In this document: piece after piece, positions 48,123 to 59,847 of the stretch
Layout of the letters: the number at the start of each line of letters is the position of its first letter
How positions within the stretch are numbered: the first letter of the stretch is position 1
Source: Leptogorgia sarmentosa
Taxonomy: Eukaryota
Assembly: GCA_964658305.1 (NCBI GenBank)
Contig: OZ210885.1
Coordinates: forward strand, 7,440,001-7,504,000
Direction: 5' to 3'
Length of the DNA stretch: 64,000 bases
Translations under genes and position numbers: made by a program
The notes under the pieces: model-generated
The model's database searches: none
Seen by the model: only the letters and a program-made list of their open reading frames with translations
What the model was told of the DNA's origin: nothing

Positions 48123-51100
48123 TCAGCCAATGTTTTCGTGGCTTTTGATAAGCTCTTCATCGAAGTCGTTTTGCAGCGGCGTTGTGGAGTTAACTTTGTA
48201 AAACAGAATTCTTCTATCCGCCATCTTGCTTTGTCTTCGCCAATACAAGAAAGCGACAATGAGCAGGAAGATGAGTACCAAAACAGCCACAGTAACTCCA
48301 GTTATCATTGGTCCGCTGTTTGAAGATGATTCACCCTGTTTCTTGCCCAGCGTACCATCTAGATTTCACAACCAGTCTTGAAGTCTTAAAGAACGTTTCT
48401 AAATTATTTATAAAGGCATAGCTATTTCACAGATTTTTCATATCTTGCTTAATTCTTGAAACAAACTGTGCGTTTTCTTAATTGGATCAATTCTTAACAT
48501 CAATAACGATGTTTTTAACGACGTCACATGCGGGATTAGCCTAATAAAATCACTTGTGAGTCACTGAGTAACAATCAAAAGTTGTTTAAAAACGGTAAAA
48601 AGCTAAAAACCTTGCGTGCCCACTTGTGAGCTGTGACAATACATGCAGATTGTCACTTTTAATTCAGTATTATTTTATACGATCTTTTAAATAAGACTTT
48701 TTGTTGCTATCGCAAAGACATTCCTTACCTTTGTTACTTGTTGTACTCTTTCTGGTCGTCCCGGATGGACTGGTCTGGCTAGGTTTGCCAGTAGATACAA
48801 TCCTGATCGTTGGAGAGGGGCTGGTTTTGCTAGGTGTCGTTGAATTTGATTCGTCGCTATGAATGCAGGATTTGCCATCTTTTCTCAACACTATTCCGTT
48901 TGGACAGCGGCAGGTGTGATTTTTTGCGGAAACGCTTGAAAGCAGGCAGAGATGAGAGCACCCACCGTTATTTCTGGCGCACTGTGTGGGGACTAAAGAA
49001 ATAAATTTTGTGTACATAATTTTTCGGTTGCGTTTTCTGTTCAGTTTCACATACTACACAGTGAAGCGGAGAAAGAAATTAAATCATTCACTGCCTTACC
49101 TTGTTTCTGATGCAATGGGTGAACAATATTCACACCCGTAGGACTTCTCAAATTGTTTTTCAGTTCACCTAATCGTTGGCCAGTTCTTTTGTTGACGGTG
49201 AATATGGTGTCAAGCGAATAATCAGTATAGTACAGACGATCCTCAAACACTGCCAAACCTAGCGGGTGAACAAGTCCTTTGAAGATCAAAGTCTTTCTCG
49301 CCGAACCGTCGTATTTGATCGTGTCTATTCGCTGCGATTTTGTGTCCGCGAAGAACAACCTCTGAGTGATGGTATCTATTGTCAAGGCAGTTGGCCAGAC
49401 GAGGTCAGTGTCAAGGATAACTTTGCGAGAAGTTAAATTGCCATCCATACTTGCTCGCTCAATTTTAGGATGTACTCCACCCCAATCTGTCCAGAATATA
49501 TACCTAGAAGTAAAGAAATCCTCATTGGTTTCTATCTAGGCTTGTCTAAAGTATTCATTTAGTTTCGCTGGTTTATTATTTTTAACTCAAGAACATTGGC
49601 GGAAATTTCGGAAGATTGGTTAATTGAAAACTACATAGCCTACATTTGACAAGAAGTTAATTATGGCTTGCGCACCATCCCAGCTCAAAATATACAGATA
49701 AGTAGTAATCCTACCTTTCAAATGGATCCAAAGCTATACCGCGCGGCGCGTCTAAGCTGACACTGAATAGTTTTAAACGATTCTTGCCATCCAATTCAGA
49801 AACTTCAATCGATTTCAATGTTTCATCGGTCCAATATATTTTCTTTCCAATCCAATCAATGGCCAGACCTAGATTTTTAAATTTATATTAACCAACATTA
49901 GATTGAAAGAAGGCGTACAAATTTATAATATAGAAACATTGCGGAAGCCAACAACATTGACTTAGATCGGTTAAACGTACCATTTGAGTGTACTACTTTC
50001 TTAACAACTGTCTCCGCAGTTCCATCACCCAATAATCGTGCACGTTCAATCGTTCCATCAAGAATATCACTCCAGTAAACGTATCCATTATTGACATCAT
50101 GGCCTATGGCAATTGGTGCTTTGCGATTTAAAACAACATCACCGTAGTGAATCCCGGATACTGTGAGATTGTGAATGGCATGTTCTCCACCAAAGACAAG
50201 ATACGCTTGTGGGCCTAGAAAATTTCGCAAATAATATACAATCATTAGCAACATATCTTCAATAGTCTTCACGAATCAATGAATCGTCCCCGTCAACCTT
50301 TATCAGTTTCATTGCAAACATGTTACGCCAGGAAAAGGCATACCCAGTGATCTCTCACCTGTCGCTCGACACGTGACATCCTCTTCCTTACGATAACCCT
50401 GGACACAACTACATTTGAAGTGTCCCTTGAAGTTAACACACGTCTGACTGCAGGAGCCATACACCTCTTCGCATTCGTTTAGGTCTGCAATATAAATCAT
50501 CGTAAAAGTAGCGCACAACATATTATAGTGACAATGCAGAGCCATGCCTCAACGTTCGTACCTTCACATGATCTGCTGTCGTTGGCCAGTTTGTAGCCTT
50601 TATTACAATGGCATTCGTAATCAATAGGAAGATCTTTACATTTGTGAATACAGTGACCATTATGATCAGAACACTCGTCGATTCCTATTAAAATGCAATG
50701 TAGATACACAGTTACATATGAGAAAATTTACATCCGCATTATAAAAAAATGCATCAAATGAATGTTAGTTTCAACAGAAAAGCGGCAAAGAAAATCAGTA
50801 GATCTGTTAACTACATAGTACATAGTACATAGTACATAAAACATAATACATAGTACGCACATAGTTTTTGCCTTTTTGGGCCTGTATGTGATTCTCTTCC
50901 GGTAAGAGAAGCATAATACATACCACAGTTAGGTGCTTCATCTTCCCCACGGGGACAATCTCTCAAACCATTGCACACTTTGGTCGCGTTGATACAATAT
51001 GGCGAACTTCCACAACGAAACGAACTAGCATCACTACATGATATGGGGCGTTCTAAAGAAAGTTAAACGGAAAAAAATTAGCTTCATTAATTTTCGCCCA

Positions 51101-54100
51101 ATTGCATGTCCTAAATTCAGTGTACCACAGTCTCCCTATTCACCCTTGATACAACCAACTCCCCAGAATCATGATTAGTAAAACGAAACTTTAACTCGAA
51201 AACATGCAGTGAATATTAATCTGTGCTATACCAATAAATTAACAGCTTTATCAATCTTTTTATATGCAACTGTTCATTCTTAATTGCAATCGACGATACT
51301 TGATTTAATTCAACTGCCACTCACCACATTTCGCTTCATCCGAACCGTCTCCACAATCTTCAATACCGTCGCACCTTGAATGCTGGGAAATGCACTTCCC
51401 CGATTGCGCGCATGTAAACTGCATGCTCATGCACGTTGTAGGACAGCTCAATTCGTCTGTTCCATCGTTGCAGTCTGATGCACCATCGCACTTCCAGTCC
51501 AGCGGTATACATTCTCCGTCACTGCATCCGAATTTGTGAGCTGGACAAGGAGCGAAAGTGGGCGGTGGGGGGCAACCCTGTTCGTCCGAGGAGTCAAGGC
51601 AGTCATTTTCGCCGTCGCAATGAAAAGAAATAGGGAAACATTCACCGTCACCACAAGTGAATTGTGAAGAGGGATCGCACGTGGGGGCTATAGAAAATGG
51701 AAAAGTACTTTGATTAACAAATATCATTTAGGAACGTGTTTTAGTTTTGCATGCATTTAACAATCTAACTTACTGACATTTCCTCCTTCCTCTACTACAG
51801 ACTTTTGAAGTGCTTATCACACGGTCTTTCAATGCATGTAAATACAATAAAATTTATTCTCGCATCTTTCTCACATTGCATTGCAGCGATTCATTGTTTT
51901 GACACTGGCGTGACTTGAGCACTTCGAAGGCCTATTGTCATATTTACTTTCTCTCTAATCTTTCGCCTTTCTATGGTCTACTATTTTATAGTCCATGCAA
52001 CTACCCATCCCAATCCTTACTCCAAATTCATTCTCAACAGCAAATTACGCCACGTGATTTTTTAGTATGACAAAACTACTTACAGCAATTACTCTCGTCG
52101 CTTTTATCAGCACAGTCATCCACACCATTACATTTTTTGTCACTGGAGATACACGTCAGATTGTTGGCGCACTTGAACTCCATGGAGTCACAGACAAGCT
52201 CTTTACGTCAAGAAATAATTATTATTTCAAATGGATGGATCATGTCATGTTTACATAATGTTCACTCCAGTTTGAGGAGGAAATTGCCAAGAGCTAAAGC
52301 CCGAATGTTTTGATAAATAAGCAATAAACGATAGTCAGTTACAATAAGTAATTTTATACGTTTTTTGGCTGAAAAAATTTTAAGGCGGAAAATTTGCAAA
52401 AAAATATTGAGAAAAAAAGGAAAGTTACTCCAATCTAAATACTGCGTCATGTCCGTAGTCTGTTACGTCGAATATTTGTCTCCGAAAGTGGCGGAAAGTT
52501 ACCATACCTGGACAACCATCTTCATCACTCTGATCCTCACAATCATGTTCTCTGTCACATTGATATGAACCTTGAATACAGTCGCCATTCCGACATTGAA
52601 AGTCATTTGGTCTGCACGTTGTCATATTACCTAAACCACAAATTCAACACATTGTTGTATAGCCAGGGTGAGCACCTTACATGATTGGCTGGCTTAAGGT
52701 CACATGATATAAGACTGCTATGTATATATCCCAGTGGGAACGAGCGAAAAATTGTTGCCCACCCGACAAGTAAGGTCAACAAATGTAAGAAAAGGACGCA
52801 CCTCTTCATGTGATTCATCAAAATACTTGCATACAGAGTCTCAATATCAAAAACCTTAATCAACATTAGAGTGAATGTAACTTACACGTTTGAGTAGGAG
52901 CTTCATCATCTCCGTCAGGGCAATCGTTGTGTTTGTCACAGACCCAGGATTCTTCAATGCAACGTCCATTTCTGCATCTGAAGTAACCTGGTCTGCACGT
53001 CGTAGGTGGACCTAGAATGAATCGACATGCAATTACGATACCTCCCTTGGGCACTCGGACTCCTTCAGTTGCGCTCTCGTACTTTTCGTCATTCGTTCTT
53101 TCTAATTATAATACTTACAATCCATTTCATCTTCGCCATCCATGCAATCGTCTTCTCCATCGCATTTCCACTTAAGAAGAGTACACGTCTGAGATTTTGT
53201 ACACTCAAACTCATCCCAAGAGCATGCAAAGTCCTCACGACCTAAGGAGAGAGAAAATGATTGGTTCGAGGTTAGAATACTGCAGGGTCAGTGGGATAAG
53301 CGAAAATTTGCACCGTAAAGCCGTTTCTTCTACAGGGCGAATTGTTCGCGCGAAAAGTTCGGTTCGACGTCTGAACTAGCCTTACACCTGTTGATATCGT
53401 AAACAATATATGTTTGTATAATTAACAAAAAAAACAAACAGTGGACATGTTGTTCAGTTTAATCAAGGCGTTTTTAATTTTTTGGTCAAAACGGAATTTC
53501 TTGTACTGAACCATGTTATTTTGTTTCGTATCATTTTCACTTTCAAATCTTTCAAACAGCGTTACTCACGCTACGATAAGTTCACGTCGTTGGCTAATCA
53601 ATTAAGCAGCAGGAATTCATGAATGACAAAATTGAAAAAGTGAAAAATTTAGAAATTCTAAATGCTTGTAGCAGACCAGTAGTTGCTAGTATACACAAAC
53701 TACAAAACAAAAATATATAGGGAAACGTCTGCATAATAGGACTAATATCTACAGAGCTATAGCTGCCAAAGTATTTCTTACTTTGAAACGGTGCGTCGCA
53801 GTATATGTTTGAAAACGGGTAGGGATAAAACGCGGAACCGGAATGCGGAAACGGAATGCGGAACTGGAATACGTAACCGGAATTGGGGATAAAACGCGGA
53901 ATTGGGGATAAAACGCGGAATTGGGGATAAAACGCGGAATTGGGGATAAAACGCGGAATTGGGGATAAAACGCGGAATTGGGGTAAAAACTGGATCATTG
54001 ATCATTATTAACAATGAGTAGAGGAATTGAAGAGGCCTTCTTTAAAAATTATTGAAAATCTACCCAAATACATGCTTCCCATTTAGTTTTTACACTTAGT

Positions 54101-55971
54101 GCAAAGCCGGCAAATTTTAAGAAAACTTTTCTTGACATAGTCGGATTGATTCCGGTCATTTAGTGAATCGAAATTCTACTCAGCTATCCTCAAGTCCAAT
54201 TGTTTTCTTTCTCATTCATATAACTTAAACAGCAATATGTTTAGAGCAGTGTGTGCGCGATATCTTGAATTACACAATGCCATGCCTTTATGCCTTTACG
54301 GAAATGACGCCATGCATGGCGTCCGTTCAAAAGTGTTTGTATTTCAAACGTCCTGCCGCAGGTTTTAGAGGAATACTAGTTGTCTAGTTCACAACTTCAT
54401 ATGGCTAACTAAATGCATTGATCAACACCGTACTTTATAGCTTTTAGCACGAAAAGATTTCATAGATCCTTATAAATAAAGCGTGCAAGCTAATGTATTG
54501 TGAATTTGTGAGTAAAAGTGTTAACTTTCGTGTCAGGTTGCGCTTGCCAAGCTGTTGCATATTTTCAAACTATTTGGCATTGCAAGCGATTGACATTATT
54601 ACGTCCCGTTTGTGACCGTGTATTAACGGGGTTCCACTGTACTTGAAAATATGTTTTCAAAACTGTAAGCAAGTCTAGCTTACATCCTACGATGTCAGGT
54701 ATTTCAAAGAGTTTTAAGCTACCAACGCTAGTGAAAAGTTTAAAAAAGCACCATGGCCTTAAAAGTAAACGAGGAAACGTATACTTCCATTTAAATCCGA
54801 ATTGCGTCAAAAGGAAACAGCCCTATTTCACGATTCAGATGGCAAAAATAGAGAGAAATGCTGCACAACACCTAAGGCCAGAACATTTTCACTTCCTTCG
54901 AAGCTTGGGGTTTTATTGAAAACTTAAATGCATCATGGTATAGGCATGTGCCCATGCAAACTTAACTCATTGAAATTTATGTTATGTTGTGTTATGTTAT
55001 GTTATACCTTTGACTTTTCAAAGTACAGACTATCGTTATTTGTAAAGCACGCTTCTGGGGCGTTCTAAAGACCCGGTCAAACGAGGATGAGAGATTATAA
55101 GAGTGGGCAGTCACGACGCACTTTCAGACGCACTTTCGAATTGTTAAATTTGACTACAAAAAATTAATAACGCAAAATGCGGAAAATATAGTCATTCATT
55201 TTAAAGTTTGCGAACTTTGTATACTTTTGTATTTACGCACGGCAACGTGATGATCACATTTATAACAGTTGTGTGTTGTGTTGTGTTATGTCATAATGTA
55301 TTAATGTGTAATGTAATGAGCATAAACCGGGTGTAACAATGGGCATATAGATCGAAAATAGAAAAGCCATTATTCCGCGTTTTATCCCCAATTCCGCGTT
55401 TTATCCCCAATTCCGCGTTTTATCCCCAATTCCGCGTTTTATCCCCAATTCCGCGTTTTATCCCCAATTTCGGTTCCGTATTCCGGTTCCGCATTCCGTT
55501 TCCGCATTCCGGTTCCGCGTTTTATCCCTACCCGTTTGAAAACGCATATGTACTTGTATGTATAATATGGCGATTTTTCTAATTACTGTTTATTCTTTTC
55601 AAAGCGTGTTTAGCCGCATTTAAATAAGCATGAATATTATATAGCTATTGTCAGACACGCTATAATTGTCTGCCATACATACGTTGATGATTGTAAACGC
55701 AAAGTCGTAAACAAGCAAGCCATACGCTATCTGCTGTTATAAGTTATCACTCATCGCTCAATGACAAGCGCGCTGCGTTTTAAGCCGTTTAAAATTGGCT
55801 ATTTGACGAACCGCCAGAATTCAAAGTTATTCATGACATGATGAATAGAATTATCAGTATAACTAGCTTTTTAATATAAAAATTCAGCCTACCCATCGCT
55901 ACGTTCGTTATAGTGACAATAACAAACAAGCAAAGTACTTGAATCTTTAAGCTAGGCATACCTCGAGGCAT
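48123..55971 (-). CDS. LDL-receptor family protein, VLDLR-like architecture (signal, 8 LDL-A, 2 EGF, YWTD propeller, EGF, S/T-rich stalk, TM, short tail)
   Basis: 14 GT-AG exons in consistent phase: 55971-55893, 53241-53119, 53011-52886, 52630-52508, 52200-52084, 51687-51325, 51052-50924, 50684-50562, 50484-50359, 50214-49981, 49868-49715, 49503-49100, 48992-48729, 48358-48123; DCxDxSDE repeats; YWSD/YWTD/FWTD/FFAD/YYTD. Confidence 0.92.
53817..55533. mobile_element. Mutator/foldback-like non-autonomous element in intron 1
   Basis: ~160-bp TIRs starting GGGTAGGG with 20-bp tandem GGAATTGGGGATAAAACGC-type repeats; flanking duplication GTTTGAAAAC. Confidence 0.85.
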
Positions 55972-56548
55972 ATATCCTTTTGCTGTTCCGTTCGAAGCCC
56001 AACAAAAAAACTCCTGTGAACACACGCCTTGTAGTCTGTCTTTGTCGACTGTGTTTAGTAACGCCTCGAGTCAAATCGGACTTGATAATTTTTCACTTGC
56101 CCTTATTATTCCCTTGTGTTGTACCAACGACTACGTCTGTTTGTTTACTATTACAGGCGCGGTTCTAGGATTTTTGAGCGCAGAGCGCTCTCACGACGAA
56201 TTTTCAAAATTCCTTAGCGTGAGCTCCGGAATTCCTCAGATATTCCCAAAATTCCTTAAATGACTTGTTTATCCTTGCAACTACCGCTTGCAACTACCCC
56301 GCACGGCGCACGCAATCCCGTTCTTTTGCCTCTTGTTTTAAAAACAAGACTCAAATAGTTTCAAAATCGTTAATAAACACAATTTGTGAGGTAACTGAGC
56401 TTACTAAAGTATATACAAGATAAAATGGGATTGAATGAGCGACTTATCATCTCCTGAGCCGGACCGGAAGCCCACATTCGCGCTATATATCAGAAACTAT
56501 AATTATGTAAATTAACTATAATCACCATTTTTTAAATTTTACTGTTAG

Positions 56549-56724
56549 CTGTGACATGTGTTTCAAAGCAAACACGGGATTGATTTATCACAGATCCTCA
56601 AGTCGATGGGATTGTGATAATTGTGGTATGGCTTTCCATCCTTCGCCAAACAAATATCCAAACGATTGTCGAATGTGTAATTTTGACTTGTGTGATATCT
56701 GTTTGAGGATCACGGATCCCAAAG
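56549..56724 (+). CDS. Cys-rich zinc-finger exon (ZZ/DC1-like), divergent from the LDLR-family gene
   Basis: AG/GT-bounded exon encoding WDCDNCG...DCRMCNFDLCDIC; other exons not identified. Confidence 0.55.
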
Positions 56725-56841
56725 GTAAAATTGAAGGTATGAAACCCCACTTGCATCTCTGTGGGTTATTCCATTTTTTTAATCTACAGGTGTATATATT
56801 TCCATCGTACTCGCTCTATTTCTATCAGTACTCGTACCCAA

Positions 56842-57929
56842 ATTTTAGACCATTTTGTCATCAGGAATAGCGATATGTTATATTCCTGAGGGAGGGGAGT
56901 GCGGTCTGCGCGAGGATATACCCCACCAGCCCACCAGAAACTTTACGTAAGTTAATTCGAAAGCTGGGGTGACTCCCTAAATCTTAATTATTTAGCAACC
57001 GCACACCATATACAGTACGTACACCTTATAAAACTCAACAAATTTGACCTAAATTATTATTATCAGCAAGCCTTATAGCGATTAAGCTTTGAGTGACTGA
57101 TGTGACTAACATCCCTATTTCATATTTTATTTTACATGTCTTGGAAGAAGAATTGCGTTGCAAGTTGCAAGAAAAATTGCACCGTGTAACAGAGCCTTAA
57201 GAATAGGGAAAAATTAATTTTGTTTTTTTTCGTGCCGCGTTTCCACATTCGTCATAACAATGGCGTCAGCGAATCAATATGGTTCTCGTCGTCATAGTGA
57301 TATGGTGCAAACGCGTCCAAATTTTCGTTCATATTGACTCTTTGACGTCATTTTATGAATGTGAAAAATCAATATCCGGTTAGCTATTCAGATATGACAA
57401 ATTCACGGTTTGCTCTTAGCCAATCAGGGACAGGGAATATTTATCATATATACAGTAATTAATCTTCCGTAGTTCAAATAGAGTGCTCAATAACAAAATT
57501 AATTGAAAGAGCAAAATATAATTTCTAAAATATTTTCTGTTTCGTCAGACAAATTATACACAATGCCTCATGCATCTTTAACCGGATCTGAACTATTTAC
57601 GTCAACCAAATACTCCTGCGAATGACATGGGACTAGTGAAATAAAATATGAAATAGGGATGTTAGTCACATCAGTCACTCAAAGCTTAATCGCTAAGGCT
57701 TGCTGATAATAATAATTTAGGTCAAATTTGTTGAATTTTATAAGGTGTACGTACTGTATATGGTGTGCGGTTGCTAAATAATTAAGATTTAGGGAGTCAC
57801 CCCAGCTTTCGAATTAACTTACGTAAAGTTTCTGGTGGGCTTGTGGGGTATATCCTCGCGCAGACCGCACTCCCCCCTCCCTCAGGAATATAACATATCG
57901 CTATTCCCGATGACAAAATGGTCTAAAAT
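56842..57929. mobile_element. Element with ~290-bp inverted repeats
   Basis: 56842-57132 mirrored at 57639-57929 with few differences; no clear TSD. Confidence 0.75.
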
Positions 57930-58068
57930 CTTATCTTCCACTCTCCCCGGAAAGTTCCATATTCTAGCCTTTTCTCCTATTTTGTGTCATATATTATTAT
58001 GAATATTATGAATATATATATATATTATATATATAGATAGATATTTTATTCAAAAATTTAACCACTAA

Positions 58069-58109
58069 GTCGTTACACAGTGTTTCATGCTAGGCAATCA
58101 TCAGACGAC
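58069..58109 (-). ncRNA. Minimal hammerhead ribozyme (inverted copy)
   Basis: Reverse complement of 58452-58492. Confidence 0.75.
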
Positions 58110-58451
58110 TGGTTACATTCAATTATTCGTCTATTTTTATAGTCTACCCAGTTGTTGTTATTCTGGCGACTATTGTTCTTAATTGCTTTTTAATTGAGTT
58201 CCACATCAGAAAAGCTCCAAAACATGTAACCTTTGCCTTTCAGAAAAGTTCCACATCATCTTCCACAGCAATGAGAACTTGCTAAACAAAAGAAGTGAAA
58301 TTCTTTCGACATGTCGTCACAAAAACAAGTTCCTCCTTACCAACTTCAAAGAGACGCCACCGGATAATTAAAAAGCAATTAAGAACAATAGTCGCCAGAA
58401 TAACAACAACTGGGTAGACTATAAAAATAGACGAATAATTGAATGTAACCA

Positions 58452-58492
58452 GTCGTCTGATGATTGCCTAGCATGAAACACTGTGTAACGAC
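58452..58492 (+). ncRNA. Minimal type I hammerhead ribozyme
   Basis: GTCGT-CTGATGA-TTGC CTA GCAT-GAAAC-A CTG T-GTA-ACGAC: core CUGAUGA/GAAA/GUA, stem I GTCGT/ACGAC. Confidence 0.8.
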
Positions 58493-59847
58493 TTAGTTGT
58501 TAAATTTGATAATAAATGTTCCGTTGTTTTGAGAGCGTTAGAGCAGTAACAAGTTCTGTGGATCTGTAAAGACGTGTTACATGATGGAATTTTTCTTGCA
58601 ACTTGCATCACAATTCTACTGTTAAGAGATGTGAGGGGGTCTGCCCCTGCATAACTGGATTTTCTGCAGGTTGCGTGATTGAGCGATTTAAATGTAAGCT
58701 TACCAACTACAATGTATAATAAATCCAGTTATTAAGCCTCGTAATAATTCAACATATCCTACTCGACCTCATTCAATAATTGTTTATTATTTGTACTGAA
58801 ATTATGAATGTTATTTGGCCAAGAGCAGTGTTAAAACAGAAAAAGTTACTGACCTTTTGTGGAATGCTGATTCAGTATAATTGTTTCGAGTGCAAATAAT
58901 CTCTTATTTTTGCTTTGAATTATTCTATAACAAGTTTCATGCTAATTTTCGACAAATGCATGTTAAATTAAATAATCTTGATCGACTAGGCTTCCCACTC
59001 GCAAAATATAACAAATACTGTCAAATAGGTCGTTTTATTTTTATTATGCTACAATGTATCATTTTAATTAATATCCTTATGATTATATAATATATATTTA
59101 CATTACACGTCTTTTCAGCTCATCATTTATTACTAGCATAATTATGAAATATGATTGGATGCTGATTGGCTGAGAAGAGCACCATAATTAATGTTTGAAG
59201 TGCTATACACGTCGGTGTCCAAATGAAATGTGGGAAACATGATGCATGTGGGCGTCAATTCAACTGTATTTACACCTATGGAAAAACCGTGTGACGTAAG
59301 CACTCCAAAGGTCAAAATTGTACTGCTGTACAGCTGATGATTTTCTGAAAGGAAACAGAATTTCGAGACTATGAATGCAATTGGCCCAGAGGAATTCCTC
59401 AAAGTTTGTTTGGAATAGGCTTTAGCGACAGAATATAACATATTGACAATAACAATTACTATTCCATGCTAATAATGCATGAGTTATTGCGCACAATAGA
59501 CTACCGATTATTCACATTTTAACCAATGGCCTCGTTTTCATGCTGGATATTTACTCGTATTTCGCGCACAATATGGTCAAAATTAAGTAAGCTTATTTTT
59601 GAGTTTAAGCTCAACAAACAAAATCATTCGGAAAAAGTCGGAAAATAACCTTCATGTTAGCTTATCAACATTATCAGCAAAACGAGGCCATTGGGTAAAC
59701 GAGAATAAGCGGTAGAGTTTATTGTCAATTAATAGCACTTGCGAGGTTTGTGAATTTCGCACTGTTGTATTACTTCTAATACAGTGTTTTTGAAAAAACG
59801 GAACAATTATGAAAAAATTAAAGCGGTTTTCAATGTTTAAATTTTTT

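Larger units (their letters stand above)
58050..58515 (+). mobile_element. Penelope-like retroelement 3' remnant with inverted pseudo-LTR
   Basis: CNLCLSEKFHI...LLNKRSEILSTCRHKNKFLL (GIY-YIG C-terminus) between ~140-bp inverted copies. Confidence 0.85.

Noticed and set aside
53860..53990. Regular 20-bp repeats (also 55375-55470) and ORFs 53594..53998 / 53778..54014 as a CRISPR array or repeat protein
   Set aside because: Head-to-tail with no spacers; they are subterminal repeats of a TIR element in an intron.
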